From a virus (lineage: Duplodnaviria > Heunggongvirae > Uroviricota > Caudoviricetes): a stretch of 64,000 nt of DNA. Of this stretch, positions 56,610 to 64,000 are shown in pieces. The position numbers were made by a program, and so were the translations under genes. How positions within the stretch are numbered: position 1 is the stretch's first letter; each line of letters starts with the position of its first letter. The notes under the pieces were generated by a model, which was not told the origin of the DNA, did not search any database, and was given only the letters and a program-made list of their open reading frames with translations. The stretch lies in the IMG/VR virus record IMGVR_UViG_3300029581_000002. The stretch is one strand, 5' to 3'.

Positions 56610-56803
56610 TTAAAGTAACTGATAATAAAGAAGTAAAGGAAACAGTCCTAGCAGGACTTAAAAGGAATAAAGAGAAGTATGGTAAGAAGTATTGTCCATG
56701 CTCTTTAGTAAGAGATGAAGATACAGTATGTATGTGTAAAGAGTTTAGGGAAATGGAAGAAGGGACTTGCCATTGCCAACTTTATGTTAAAACTAAAGAC
56801 TAA
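56606..56803 (+). CDS. ferredoxin-thioredoxin-reductase catalytic-subunit-like Cys-rich protein
   Basis: YCPC(x11)CMC(x11)CHC mirrors the CPC...CHC arrangement of the FtrC/FTR catalytic chain. Confidence 0.4.
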   Translation: MIKVTDNKEVKETVLAGLKRNKEKYGKKYCPCSLVRDEDTVCMCKEFREMEEGTCHCQLYVKTKD

Positions 56804-56808
56804 TAATT

Positions 56809-56979
56809 ATGGATGAATTAAAGAACCAATTAGCACAGTATTTATGTAGCCAAATTCATAATGGCACTAAGGATTTGATTGAATTAATTGAATCAGAAGA
56901 CCTTATTAATGAACAGTGGTATAAGAACTGGAAGGAAGAGATGAGAATCTTACTACAGGAGAAGTAATTATGATAATAC
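56809..56979 (+). CDS. small hypothetical protein (56 aa)
   Basis: Manual ORF MDELKNQLAQYLCSQIHNGTKDLIELIESEDLINEQWYKNWKEEMRILLQEK. Confidence 0.3.
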
Positions 56980-57209
56980 TTAGTGGAAATTGTCCTAGGC
57001 ATCATAATGCCATTATGTTGGAACTTACAGACTTTGATGACAGTAAAATTTCCTATCTAGCTAGAATATCTAGAGGACATCATGTTGATACTCTGTTAGT
57101 TCCTAGGGAATATAAAGATACATTTGAATCTACAGAACTATATAAAGTATTACTGCCTAATATTAGTATAGGTGATGTACAATTTGCTAAAATATACTAT
57201 TATGATTGA
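56970..57209 (+). CDS. hypothetical protein
   Basis: 79-aa ORF. Confidence 0.35.
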   Translation: MIILSGNCPRHHNAIMLELTDFDDSKISYLARISRGHHVDTLLVPREYKDTFESTELYKVLLPNISIGDVQFAKIYYYD

Positions 57210-57432
57210 CGTTAGAAAGACATTAGAGAATTTACATCAGATACTTCCAAACTTATCAATAGAGGACTTATTTAGAGTTCTTGATAACATAGTAGAGATT
57301 CCACAATTTAACGTAGGACAGACAACTACTATACGTAGAGATAATAGTGGCTGGAGACCATATGACACAGGTACATTTATATCTTATGCTAGTAATGGAA
57401 TAACACTTAGTGATGAAGGAACTTGTAAATAA
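57172..57432 (+). CDS. hypothetical protein
   Basis: 86-aa ORF. Confidence 0.35.
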   Translation: MMYNLLKYTIMIDVRKTLENLHQILPNLSIEDLFRVLDNIVEIPQFNVGQTTTIRRDNSGWRPYDTGTFISYASNGITLSDEGTCK

Positions 57433-57619
57433 CTGGAATGAGAAACATCCCGAATACGTATTGGTACACGGGATGTATTCTTATGTAGACAATGGACAAT
57501 CTAAGGATATGCACATGCTTACTATCTTTAATAAGGATAATGAATGTGTATGTGAATATAAAGGAGAAGATTTTATTAAATTATATAATACATTAGAAGA
57601 AGAATGGGAAAGCGATTAA
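57410..57619 (+). CDS. hypothetical protein
   Basis: 69-aa ORF. Confidence 0.35.
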   Translation: MMKELVNNWNEKHPEYVLVHGMYSYVDNGQSKDMHMLTIFNKDNECVCEYKGEDFIKLYNTLEEEWESD

Positions 57620-58284
57620 TTAATGTTGATGAAGTGGAGGAGATAGTACCTGTCCTAGTAGGCAAATTACTAGAGAACAATTTGATAACGGAGGAACAAG
57701 CGGACCAAATCATCTGTGCAATCTTTAATGATAACGATAGGCTAAATGAAATTAGGGAATTAAATCCAGATTATGATATTAGTATGCATAAGCTGAATGT
57801 TTGCGTGGGAGATAGTCAGTATAGACTAGTGTATTGTATATATGTAGAGCATAAAGAATCTGGGATAAGTGTGTATAGGGACAAGGACTTCGATGTACAG
57901 GAAGTGATAAACAGACTTCCATCTAAATTCACAATAGAGAAAGAACAAGAGTTGCTTCCTAAAGGAGTAAATATAAAGATTCATAAATACTCTATTAACT
58001 GTGCAGTAAGTCTATTTAGCAACGCTGCTGACTACTTTAAAGACCATACAGTAAATATAACTATTAGTTATCCATTAAAGAATCCGTATACATTCACTGC
58101 TAAATGCCGCAATTTGAATGATTTAATAAATGAAATAACCCTTGCATATAGAAGGATTTACGAAGAAGAGAAGGAGAATCCAGGTAAGTATGGAATATGG
58201 GGACATCATATAGAAGATTTATGGCTTGAGAAAGCTACTCTCGATATAGAGACTGGTAATGTTAAAATACTTGTAGGTAGTTAA
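57604..58284 (+). CDS. hypothetical protein
   Basis: 226-aa ORF. Confidence 0.45.
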   Translation: MGKRLINVDEVEEIVPVLVGKLLENNLITEEQADQIICAIFNDNDRLNEIRELNPDYDISMHKLNVCVGDSQYRLVYCIYVEHKESGISVYRDKDFDVQEVINRLPSKFTIEKEQELLPKGVNIKIHKYSINCAVSLFSNAADYFKDHTVNITISYPLKNPYTFTAKCRNLNDLINEITLAYRRIYEEEKENPGKYGIWGHHIEDLWLEKATLDIETGNVKILVGS

Positions 58285-58285
58285 T

Positions 58286-58567
58286 ATGGATAATAAATTA
58301 AATGTACAGAAACTAGGATATGAAGTAGGAGAACCTATGTGGGTTCATTGGGACGATAGATACGTATGGCGTGGAGGACATATACTAGGAAAATGCCCAG
58401 ATGAGAATTTGATAACCACAGTGGGCTACTTGGCATATATGGATGATAAATCAATAATATTGGGAAGAGGTATTGAGAATCATTGTGATGAGGACGGTAC
58501 TCGCAGAGTAAAAGATACAATACACATACCAATGAGCTTAGTAGCTAGTTTTGGAAGTTTTGATTGA
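58286..58567 (+). CDS. hypothetical protein
   Basis: 93-aa ORF. Confidence 0.4.
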   Translation: MDNKLNVQKLGYEVGEPMWVHWDDRYVWRGGHILGKCPDENLITTVGYLAYMDDKSIILGRGIENHCDEDGTRRVKDTIHIPMSLVASFGSFD

Positions 58568-58573
58568 TGAACT

Positions 58574-59428
58574 ATGATAAATGAGGAGTATAATAAATGG
58601 CTAATCCTTTACTTTGATATGCAATCTATAAATTTACAGTTCAATTGTAATGATATAGCATCATCACTAAAGGCACAAAGAGATAAGATAAAACAATTCT
58701 GTATTGACTGTCTAACAGGAGTAAAATATCAGGCTGACAGCTTTCTATTTGACACAAATGCCTGCATATTCTCTACTCCCGAAACTAGAGAGCTATTGTT
58801 CTCGCATGAAGAATATCTCATTCTTGAGGCTGATACTACTAAAGTAGTTGACGGAAAGTATCCCTTAGACTACGCTAACGAAATAGTAGAATCTAATTTG
58901 GACACTATTATTGACTATATAGTACAATCAGGAACAGAAACATACAATGATAGAACCAGTAGAGGATTTGGGAATAGGTGGAGTCCTTATAATGAGGAGG
59001 AACGTAAACAAGTAATTAAACTGTTTAACTCTGGAACTTGGTATGATACACTTGGGTCCTTAAAGCATTTATATTATGAAAGAACCCCCAAAGGCTTAAG
59101 AATGTGTAACCTGACTGGCGAACCCTTACAAGCCAATGTTCTAGAACATATAGAAGATATTATTTTGAACATAAAAGACCATTATGAAACATTTGCCGTT
59201 GTTCCTAGAGGTAAATCTAAATTACAAGTTTATATGACAATTAGCAATGGAACAAATGGGGCTGAAGGATGTATTATTAATTCTATGGAAGATGTTCTAA
59301 ATGTGCTTAAAAACTTAAGGAAATATAAAGGAGTAAATTGGTCACAGCTACTAGAAGTTGGGACAGATAATGCAGATGATTTATATTGGTGGTACGTGAC
59401 ATTCTCTATAGACACTACGGCTGTGTAA
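58574..59428 (+). CDS. hypothetical protein
   Basis: 284-aa ORF. Confidence 0.45.
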   Translation: MINEEYNKWLILYFDMQSINLQFNCNDIASSLKAQRDKIKQFCIDCLTGVKYQADSFLFDTNACIFSTPETRELLFSHEEYLILEADTTKVVDGKYPLDYANEIVESNLDTIIDYIVQSGTETYNDRTSRGFGNRWSPYNEEERKQVIKLFNSGTWYDTLGSLKHLYYERTPKGLRMCNLTGEPLQANVLEHIEDIILNIKDHYETFAVVPRGKSKLQVYMTISNGTNGAEGCIINSMEDVLNVLKNLRKYKGVNWSQLLEVGTDNADDLYWWYVTFSIDTTAV

Positions 59429-59443
59429 TAAATTAATATAAAT

Positions 59444-59704
59444 ATGAGCAAATGGAATGACTGGGCAATTACTACTAAATTCCCACCTATAAAGCCAGGT
59501 TACGGTATGAATTGTAGAACGGATTATAAAATAGATGTAGTATTTAAAGTACGTACAGGTAAGGGATATTGGAGAGGAAGTAAGTATCTTTATGTATGCA
59601 ATAATAACACTATTTACTTGTTAGGTTCAGATGCAGGAATACATCACGTAACAGAAGAGTTACCTAGTAACCTTGAAGCTAAAGTCCGTGAGTATAAACC
59701 TTAA
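59444..59704 (+). CDS. hypothetical protein
   Basis: 86-aa ORF starting MSKW. Confidence 0.4.
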   Translation: MSKWNDWAITTKFPPIKPGYGMNCRTDYKIDVVFKVRTGKGYWRGSKYLYVCNNNTIYLLGSDAGIHHVTEELPSNLEAKVREYKP

Positions 59705-59724
59705 ATGAATTAATATGAATTAAT

Positions 59725-60093
59725 ATGAATTGTAAATTAAAACGTAAAGACTTAGTACTTATTAAATGGAATAGCAAGTACATGACTGATAGAGAAGGAT
59801 GCAGTCTATCAGAAGATGTTAAATATTTAAATAGAGATATAGAAACAAGTACAGTAGGTTACTTCATAGAAGAAGATGATAAAGCTATTGTACTTGCTTC
59901 AAGTATTTATGGTATTAATATACCTGATTCATTATGTAAGGATTGTATGGTAATTCCTAAAGCCTATATAAAAGATATAACTTCGATTGGCACAGAGCTT
60001 GTTGCTCAGCTCTTATATTTCTTACAACAACGTAATTACATTACAGAAGAGCAAATGAATGATGCATGTAATGAGATTCTAAAATCAAATTAA
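59725..60093 (+). CDS. hypothetical protein
   Basis: 122-aa ORF. Its start codon sits inside a triple tandem atgaattaat / atgaattaat / atgaattgta repeat. Confidence 0.4.
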   Translation: MNCKLKRKDLVLIKWNSKYMTDREGCSLSEDVKYLNRDIETSTVGYFIEEDDKAIVLASSIYGINIPDSLCKDCMVIPKAYIKDITSIGTELVAQLLYFLQQRNYITEEQMNDACNEILKSN

Positions 60094-60094
60094 T

Positions 60095-60340
60095 ATGACT
60101 AATGAACAATTAAATCAATACTATAGTAAAGATGCAGATAAGAAACAGTGTTGGGTAAGTAAAGACCATAACTGCCCATTAAAGGAACAATGCAATGGAC
60201 TTGTTAAGCCAGAATGTAAAGAGCATATAGACAATGAAGACGCCTGCCATGCTATTGATAAGATGATAGAATGGTATTACCAAGTAAAAGAACCTGAATT
60301 TCTAAAGTTCTATAATTGTCACTTAGAGATGATTAAGTAA
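60095..60340 (+). CDS. hypothetical Cys-rich protein
   Basis: 81-aa ORF with a C..C....C....C..H.C pattern. Confidence 0.35.
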   Translation: MTNEQLNQYYSKDADKKQCWVSKDHNCPLKEQCNGLVKPECKEHIDNEDACHAIDKMIEWYYQVKEPEFLKFYNCHLEMIK

Positions 60341-60625
60341 CTTTACATACTAAATAAAAGAAGCAACCCGTTTTACATCTGGGTTGCCAGTGGATGCTAG
60401 GCACAAAGCCTAAGATAGTTTTTACGTCTTCGTCTTGGTGGTCTACACCAGTGCGCTCTGACGTATTCCCACTTACCGAGACGGAATCTCCAGTAAGCAT
60501 GGACAAAGACGGTCTTTGCTATCTCCATAATTAACACCTCCTTTCTATGATTTAATTCAATCTCGGAAGTTGAGGTGCAATTATGGTGATGCAAATATAG
60601 TAATTAAATTAATATAACAATAAAT

Positions 60626-60727
60626 ATGAGTAAAATAGTAACACAAGACAAACTGAATGAATTAACAGGTAAGAATATAGATTATGGGAAGGGGGGGGTA
60701 TTGTCCTCATTACCAAACCATAGTTAG
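60626..60727 (+). CDS. leader ORF MSKIVTQDKLNELTGKNIDYGKGG.. running through the G8 tract, out of frame with the main ORF
   Basis: Manual translation. One G fewer fuses it to the 60684 ORF after ..YGKGG. Confidence 0.4.
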   Translation: MSKIVTQDKLNELTGKNIDYGKGGVLSSLPNHS

Positions 60728-61697
60728 TCTCTGGGGTAGCGTAGTTGCGTCTAGTAACTACCAGCCAAATCAATTAGTTAAAGAAGAAGATATAGTTGTA
60801 GACAAAGACCTATTCCTTATTAATGCGGAGACAGGTAGTTTATACTTTGCTGGCGGTGGTACCTATGCTCAAATTCCAGCTATAGACGGCCATGAGGATT
60901 TTATGTACATAGCTGGAGGAGGTGAAGCAATTGGAGCATTGTCTATGCTTGGAGGATTGTATGTAGTTAATCAGTCTACCAAACAGTGGGAATTAAAATA
61001 CAAAGATACTGTAAGAGCTTATGGTTATGCTCACTTGGCTAGATTCTCTACTGGCTGGATATTTTATAAGGGAGCAGGAGGAGACGGTAAGAACTATGTT
61101 ATTATAGTATATGATAATGGCACGACAAAGGAGTTAAGCGTCGTAAGTAATGTCCACAGCATATCAACTGGGCCTTATAATTACTGCTGCGTTGGAGTAC
61201 TATATCAGGGAGGGGCTAGGATATATACCTTCTTAGCTACGTCTGCGCCAGATTCTCTTACTTATTATACTCCGGGAATGTTTACACCAAATGCAGTAAT
61301 ACAGGGGGATTATGCTTCACCAAGAGGTATAGTATATAGCACTACTAGTAATTACACATACTTTAGTGCTAATCCAACTGGAACTCAATGGACTGCTGCA
61401 ACCACTAGACCACAACTAACTGCTTTGACTAAAGGTTTGTATGCAAATGCCGAGTTTATGCTTATAGGAGGTAACATGAAGAGCGTGTCTACAGACGGAG
61501 GTCAGAATTGGACTACCTCTACACTAGGCGCATACACTCTTACTGATTTAATATATGTAGATTCAAATTGGTATGCAATTGGTTCGAATGGAACTAAAAG
61601 ACTCCTATTGCAGAATACAGCTTCTACATTTGACCAAAGTAATAAAATACTTGACTTGCCTGACTATTCTAGACAAGTAATTAAGATTAACGTATAA
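60684..61697 (+). CDS. G/T/S/Y/N-rich beta-type protein, candidate tail fibre/receptor-binding protein
   Basis: 337 aa with the composition and GGG/TT/SS runs typical of fibre proteins. The ATG at 60684 is in frame only in the G8 state. The gene is followed by a bidirectional terminator. Confidence 0.45.
   Translation: MGRGGYCPHYQTIVSLWGSVVASSNYQPNQLVKEEDIVVDKDLFLINAETGSLYFAGGGTYAQIPAIDGHEDFMYIAGGGEAIGALSMLGGLYVVNQSTKQWELKYKDTVRAYGYAHLARFSTGWIFYKGAGGDGKNYVIIVYDNGTTKELSVVSNVHSISTGPYNYCCVGVLYQGGARIYTFLATSAPDSLTYYTPGMFTPNAVIQGDYASPRGIVYSTTSNYTYFSANPTGTQWTAATTRPQLTALTKGLYANAEFMLIGGNMKSVSTDGGQNWTTSTLGAYTLTDLIYVDSNWYAIGSNGTKRLLLQNTASTFDQSNKILDLPDYSRQVIKINV
60691..60698 (+). repeat. G8 homopolymer inside the start region of the fibre-like gene
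   Basis: Direct count of eight G. Confidence 0.9.
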
Positions 61698-61713
61698 TAA
61701 GTTAATATAATAA

Positions 61714-61757
61714 AAGCCCGAACTTAGTTTAATTACTAGGCTCGGGCTTGTTTTATT
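61714..61757. terminator. bidirectional rho-independent terminator between convergent genes
   Basis: aagcccga ... tcgggctt stem followed by gttttatt. The reverse strand also has a T-rich tail. Confidence 0.65.
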
Positions 61758-61762
61758 AGAAA

Positions 61763-63988
61763 CTATTTATTCTTAAATTTAGCATTAGATACTTTAATAA
61801 TATCTTCGTTATAAGCGGCTTCCGGGTCAAAGATGACTGGTTTACCGTTAAGCATACCTACATTCTCTGTGGTAATATCTCCGACTGTAATCTTGGAGTT
61901 CTTATAGGATGAATCATTAATTCTAGTCCATCCTTTAGCTTCAAACATCCTTGCCAACTCGTCAAGTACACTCATCTTTTTAATAGGCCCTACTTTGGTT
62001 TGAGTAAACACTGGATACATTCCATTCTCTCCTTGTAAGTAACCTTGAAGCTCAGTAGGCACTGCTCCAGGTACCTCATCTCTAGCTCTATACATTCTAA
62101 GACCTTCACGTAATTCATCCAAAGTTTTATACCCTCCTTCGGTTGGTTTGTACACTTTAACTACTTTAGTCGGGTCTGTCTTATGTTTAAACACCACATG
62201 CTTAGTTCCTTGTGTAGGGAGAATTTCTCCAAAGATGTCTCCAGTAGGTTCGAAGATACCATCTACCATTGTAGCTGTTCCTATCTTAGGATATGGATTG
62301 TTCTCAGTTGGGATAACTGTCTTACCAGTTGGCTTATGAGTCATAGTACCATTCTTCAAGTCATCTCTAAGACTAAAGATTACTTGATTGTTAGAGTATC
62401 CATTATCATATACATTGTTAAAGATTACTCCATCTGCGCCCATTTTATCTGCTGCTCGCTCTAATGCTGCTCTATTAGGTACATCACCTACAGTAACTAT
62501 AGGTCTCTCCAACTCCAAGTCTCCTTCCACTCTATAAGGTCTCTTAGCAAATCTGTCTCTAGCCGCAGCTGCCTTCTCAGCTTTACCTGGAACAGAGTGG
62601 TTAGCTGCTGTTCTAGGATTACCTACTTTACCTTGATACCATATACCAGCTTCAGGAGCACCTTCGTAAACAGCATCCCATCTTTCTGGGCTATGCAATT
62701 GTAGTTTGTTGGAAGTATTAGCATCGTGTGTTACATGTATGGATTTCCTAGGTCCCCAACCTACATTATTGGGCAATGGTTTAACTGAAGGAGTTCCTTT
62801 GTCTATAGTCTTACTAATTACTCTAGCTCTAGCCCATTTGTTACCGCCTATTGCTAGGTCCTCTACTGGTTTGAGTCCGGGTCCAAACTTATTAAAACCA
62901 TGCAATCCTATATACGAACCAGGGTTAGTAAGTTCTGCAAAGATGGGATTCATCCCAGCACTAGTCATCATATCTCCCCATGTATTATATTTGCCCTTAC
63001 TTAGTTCCCTAGTAGCTTCATCAACTGTTGTACTGCCTATAGCTCCACTTAACACTGGAAGCGGTCCAAACATTGCACCTGTTAATAATGTACTAACATA
63101 AGGTGCAGCTTCTCTCCTTCCTCTATCTACAGCTCCTGCTAGATTAATATTCCTAGGAGTAACTGTTACTTCTGGTAAAGTTACATTATTCATACCATTC
63201 TCATTATTAACTGGCAATACTATATTACCTCTCTTATCATAACCTCCCATATATTTAATAGGTTGTGCAGGTTCTTGATATTTAATAATACCACCTGCTT
63301 TGAAACTATTATACACACCTCTTAATGAATTGGCATACTCCTTAGCTTCTGCATATCTTCTCTTACCTTTATTAGAACCAGTAAGCTTAGCTACAAACTT
63401 ATTAATATCATCATTCTCATCAAAGTCATATAGTCTCTTTAAGAATTGTATCTTATCTGCTGCATACTCATCCATAGAATTATAAGACCTAAACTTCTGC
63501 TTAATAGCTTCACCTTTAGCATTTTTATCATTACCAGTTACATAATCACCTTTCCATGAACTACCAGTAGTTAAATTGCCAAAGTTGTACTTACCTTGTG
63601 CAGATTTACCCCAACTAGATTCTAATGCGTCTTGTGCTAATAACATTCTAATTGCATTATCATTAGTAATACCTGCCTTCTTATAGGCATTAATAAGTTC
63701 TGTAGACCATTGTCTTCTGTTAGTATATGGACTCTTCCAAGTTGAGTTGGCAGTAACAGGTTTATCGGTAACAGGTTTACTAGCTACTGGTTTATTAATT
63801 ACTGGCTCTGCTGTAGGATTATTAGCTACTACATCAGTTTCATTAGTATCTCTTACTGGTACTACTAATGCTTCAGGTGTATTATAAACTGTATTATAAT
63901 TATACTCACTAAATGGATTAGTTGGATTAGTAATATCAGTGTAATCTATTGTAGGATTACTTACTGGATTATAACTAACAAATCTCAT
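61763..63988 (-). CDS. virion-associated peptidoglycan hydrolase (glucosaminidase/GH73-like domain) with large C-terminal extension
   Basis: AQDALESSWGKSAQGKYNFGNL matches the FlgJ/mannosyl-glycoprotein endo-beta-N-acetylglucosaminidase motif (A.ESGWG.S....NN.FG). The frame is still open at the window edge, so the true start may lie beyond 64000. Confidence 0.6.
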   Translation of the reverse strand: MRFVSYNPVSNPTIDYTDITNPTNPFSEYNYNTVYNTPEALVVPVRDTNETDVVANNPTAEPVINKPVASKPVTDKPVTANSTWKSPYTNRRQWSTELINAYKKAGITNDNAIRMLLAQDALESSWGKSAQGKYNFGNLTTGSSWKGDYVTGNDKNAKGEAIKQKFRSYNSMDEYAADKIQFLKRLYDFDENDDINKFVAKLTGSNKGKRRYAEAKEYANSLRGVYNSFKAGGIIKYQEPAQPIKYMGGYDKRGNIVLPVNNENGMNNVTLPEVTVTPRNINLAGAVDRGRREAAPYVSTLLTGAMFGPLPVLSGAIGSTTVDEATRELSKGKYNTWGDMMTSAGMNPIFAELTNPGSYIGLHGFNKFGPGLKPVEDLAIGGNKWARARVISKTIDKGTPSVKPLPNNVGWGPRKSIHVTHDANTSNKLQLHSPERWDAVYEGAPEAGIWYQGKVGNPRTAANHSVPGKAEKAAAARDRFAKRPYRVEGDLELERPIVTVGDVPNRAALERAADKMGADGVIFNNVYDNGYSNNQVIFSLRDDLKNGTMTHKPTGKTVIPTENNPYPKIGTATMVDGIFEPTGDIFGEILPTQGTKHVVFKHKTDPTKVVKVYKPTEGGYKTLDELREGLRMYRARDEVPGAVPTELQGYLQGENGMYPVFTQTKVGPIKKMSVLDELARMFEAKGWTRINDSSYKNSKITVGDITTENVGMLNGKPVIFDPEAAYNEDIIKVSNAKFKNK

Positions 63989-64000
63989 TCCTTGTTGAGC

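Noticed and set aside
59705-59735. Tandem atgaattaat repeat as a mobile-element or att site
   Set aside because: It is only about 2.5 copies of a 10-mer in an AT-rich start region. More likely local slippage, with no flanking integrase or inverted repeats.
60510-60530. AAAGGAGGTG as evidence of a non-Bacteroidota host
   Set aside because: It is the single SD-like motif in 64 kb. All other starts lack SD sequences, so it is probably coincidental or specific to that one mini-ORF.
54692-61697. Alternative genetic code (TAG or TGA reassignment) affecting this window
   Set aside because: Plus- and minus-strand genes are contiguous and abut or overlap by ATGA/TAATG junctions using standard stops. 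No gene is fragmented by in-frame TAG or TGA. Recoding, if any, must act outside this window.

Overview
AT-rich (about 33-35% GC) double-stranded DNA phage segment. Genes show no Shine-Dalgarno motifs, which fits a Bacteroidota host, possibly a crAss-like or other gut phage.

Layout:
- 1-53.4 kb is a long minus-strand module. It encodes replication and recombination functions: HAD dNMP nucleotidase, DnaG-like primase, SSB, Sak4-like ATPase, DnaB-like helicase, SF2 helicase and RNase H. It also carries many small hypothetical genes, a three-member paralog family, and host-like cargo: ferritin-like, bactofilin-like, NfeD plus flotillin pair, AAA ATPase, vWA, PurA/PurZ-like adenylosuccinate-synthetase homolog and a ParB-like nuclease.
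- Interspersed are about 27 minus-strand tRNA genes including a putative amber-suppressor tRNA(CUA), a tmRNA-like RNA, and two families of conserved hairpins that flank the tRNAs.
- 54.0-54.7 kb is a divergent regulatory region with four GAGTTGGCAATATA direct repeats.
- 54.7-61.7 kb is a plus-strand block of small genes.
- A convergent minus-strand virion glucosaminidase gene ends the window.

Most striking: two plus-strand genes begin with an out-of-frame MSKI(A/V)T leader joined to the main ORF through a G8 homopolymer. With a C9 tract in a promoter region, this points to slipped-strand phase variation or programmed frameshifting.

No CRISPR array and no stop-codon recoding were found in this window.
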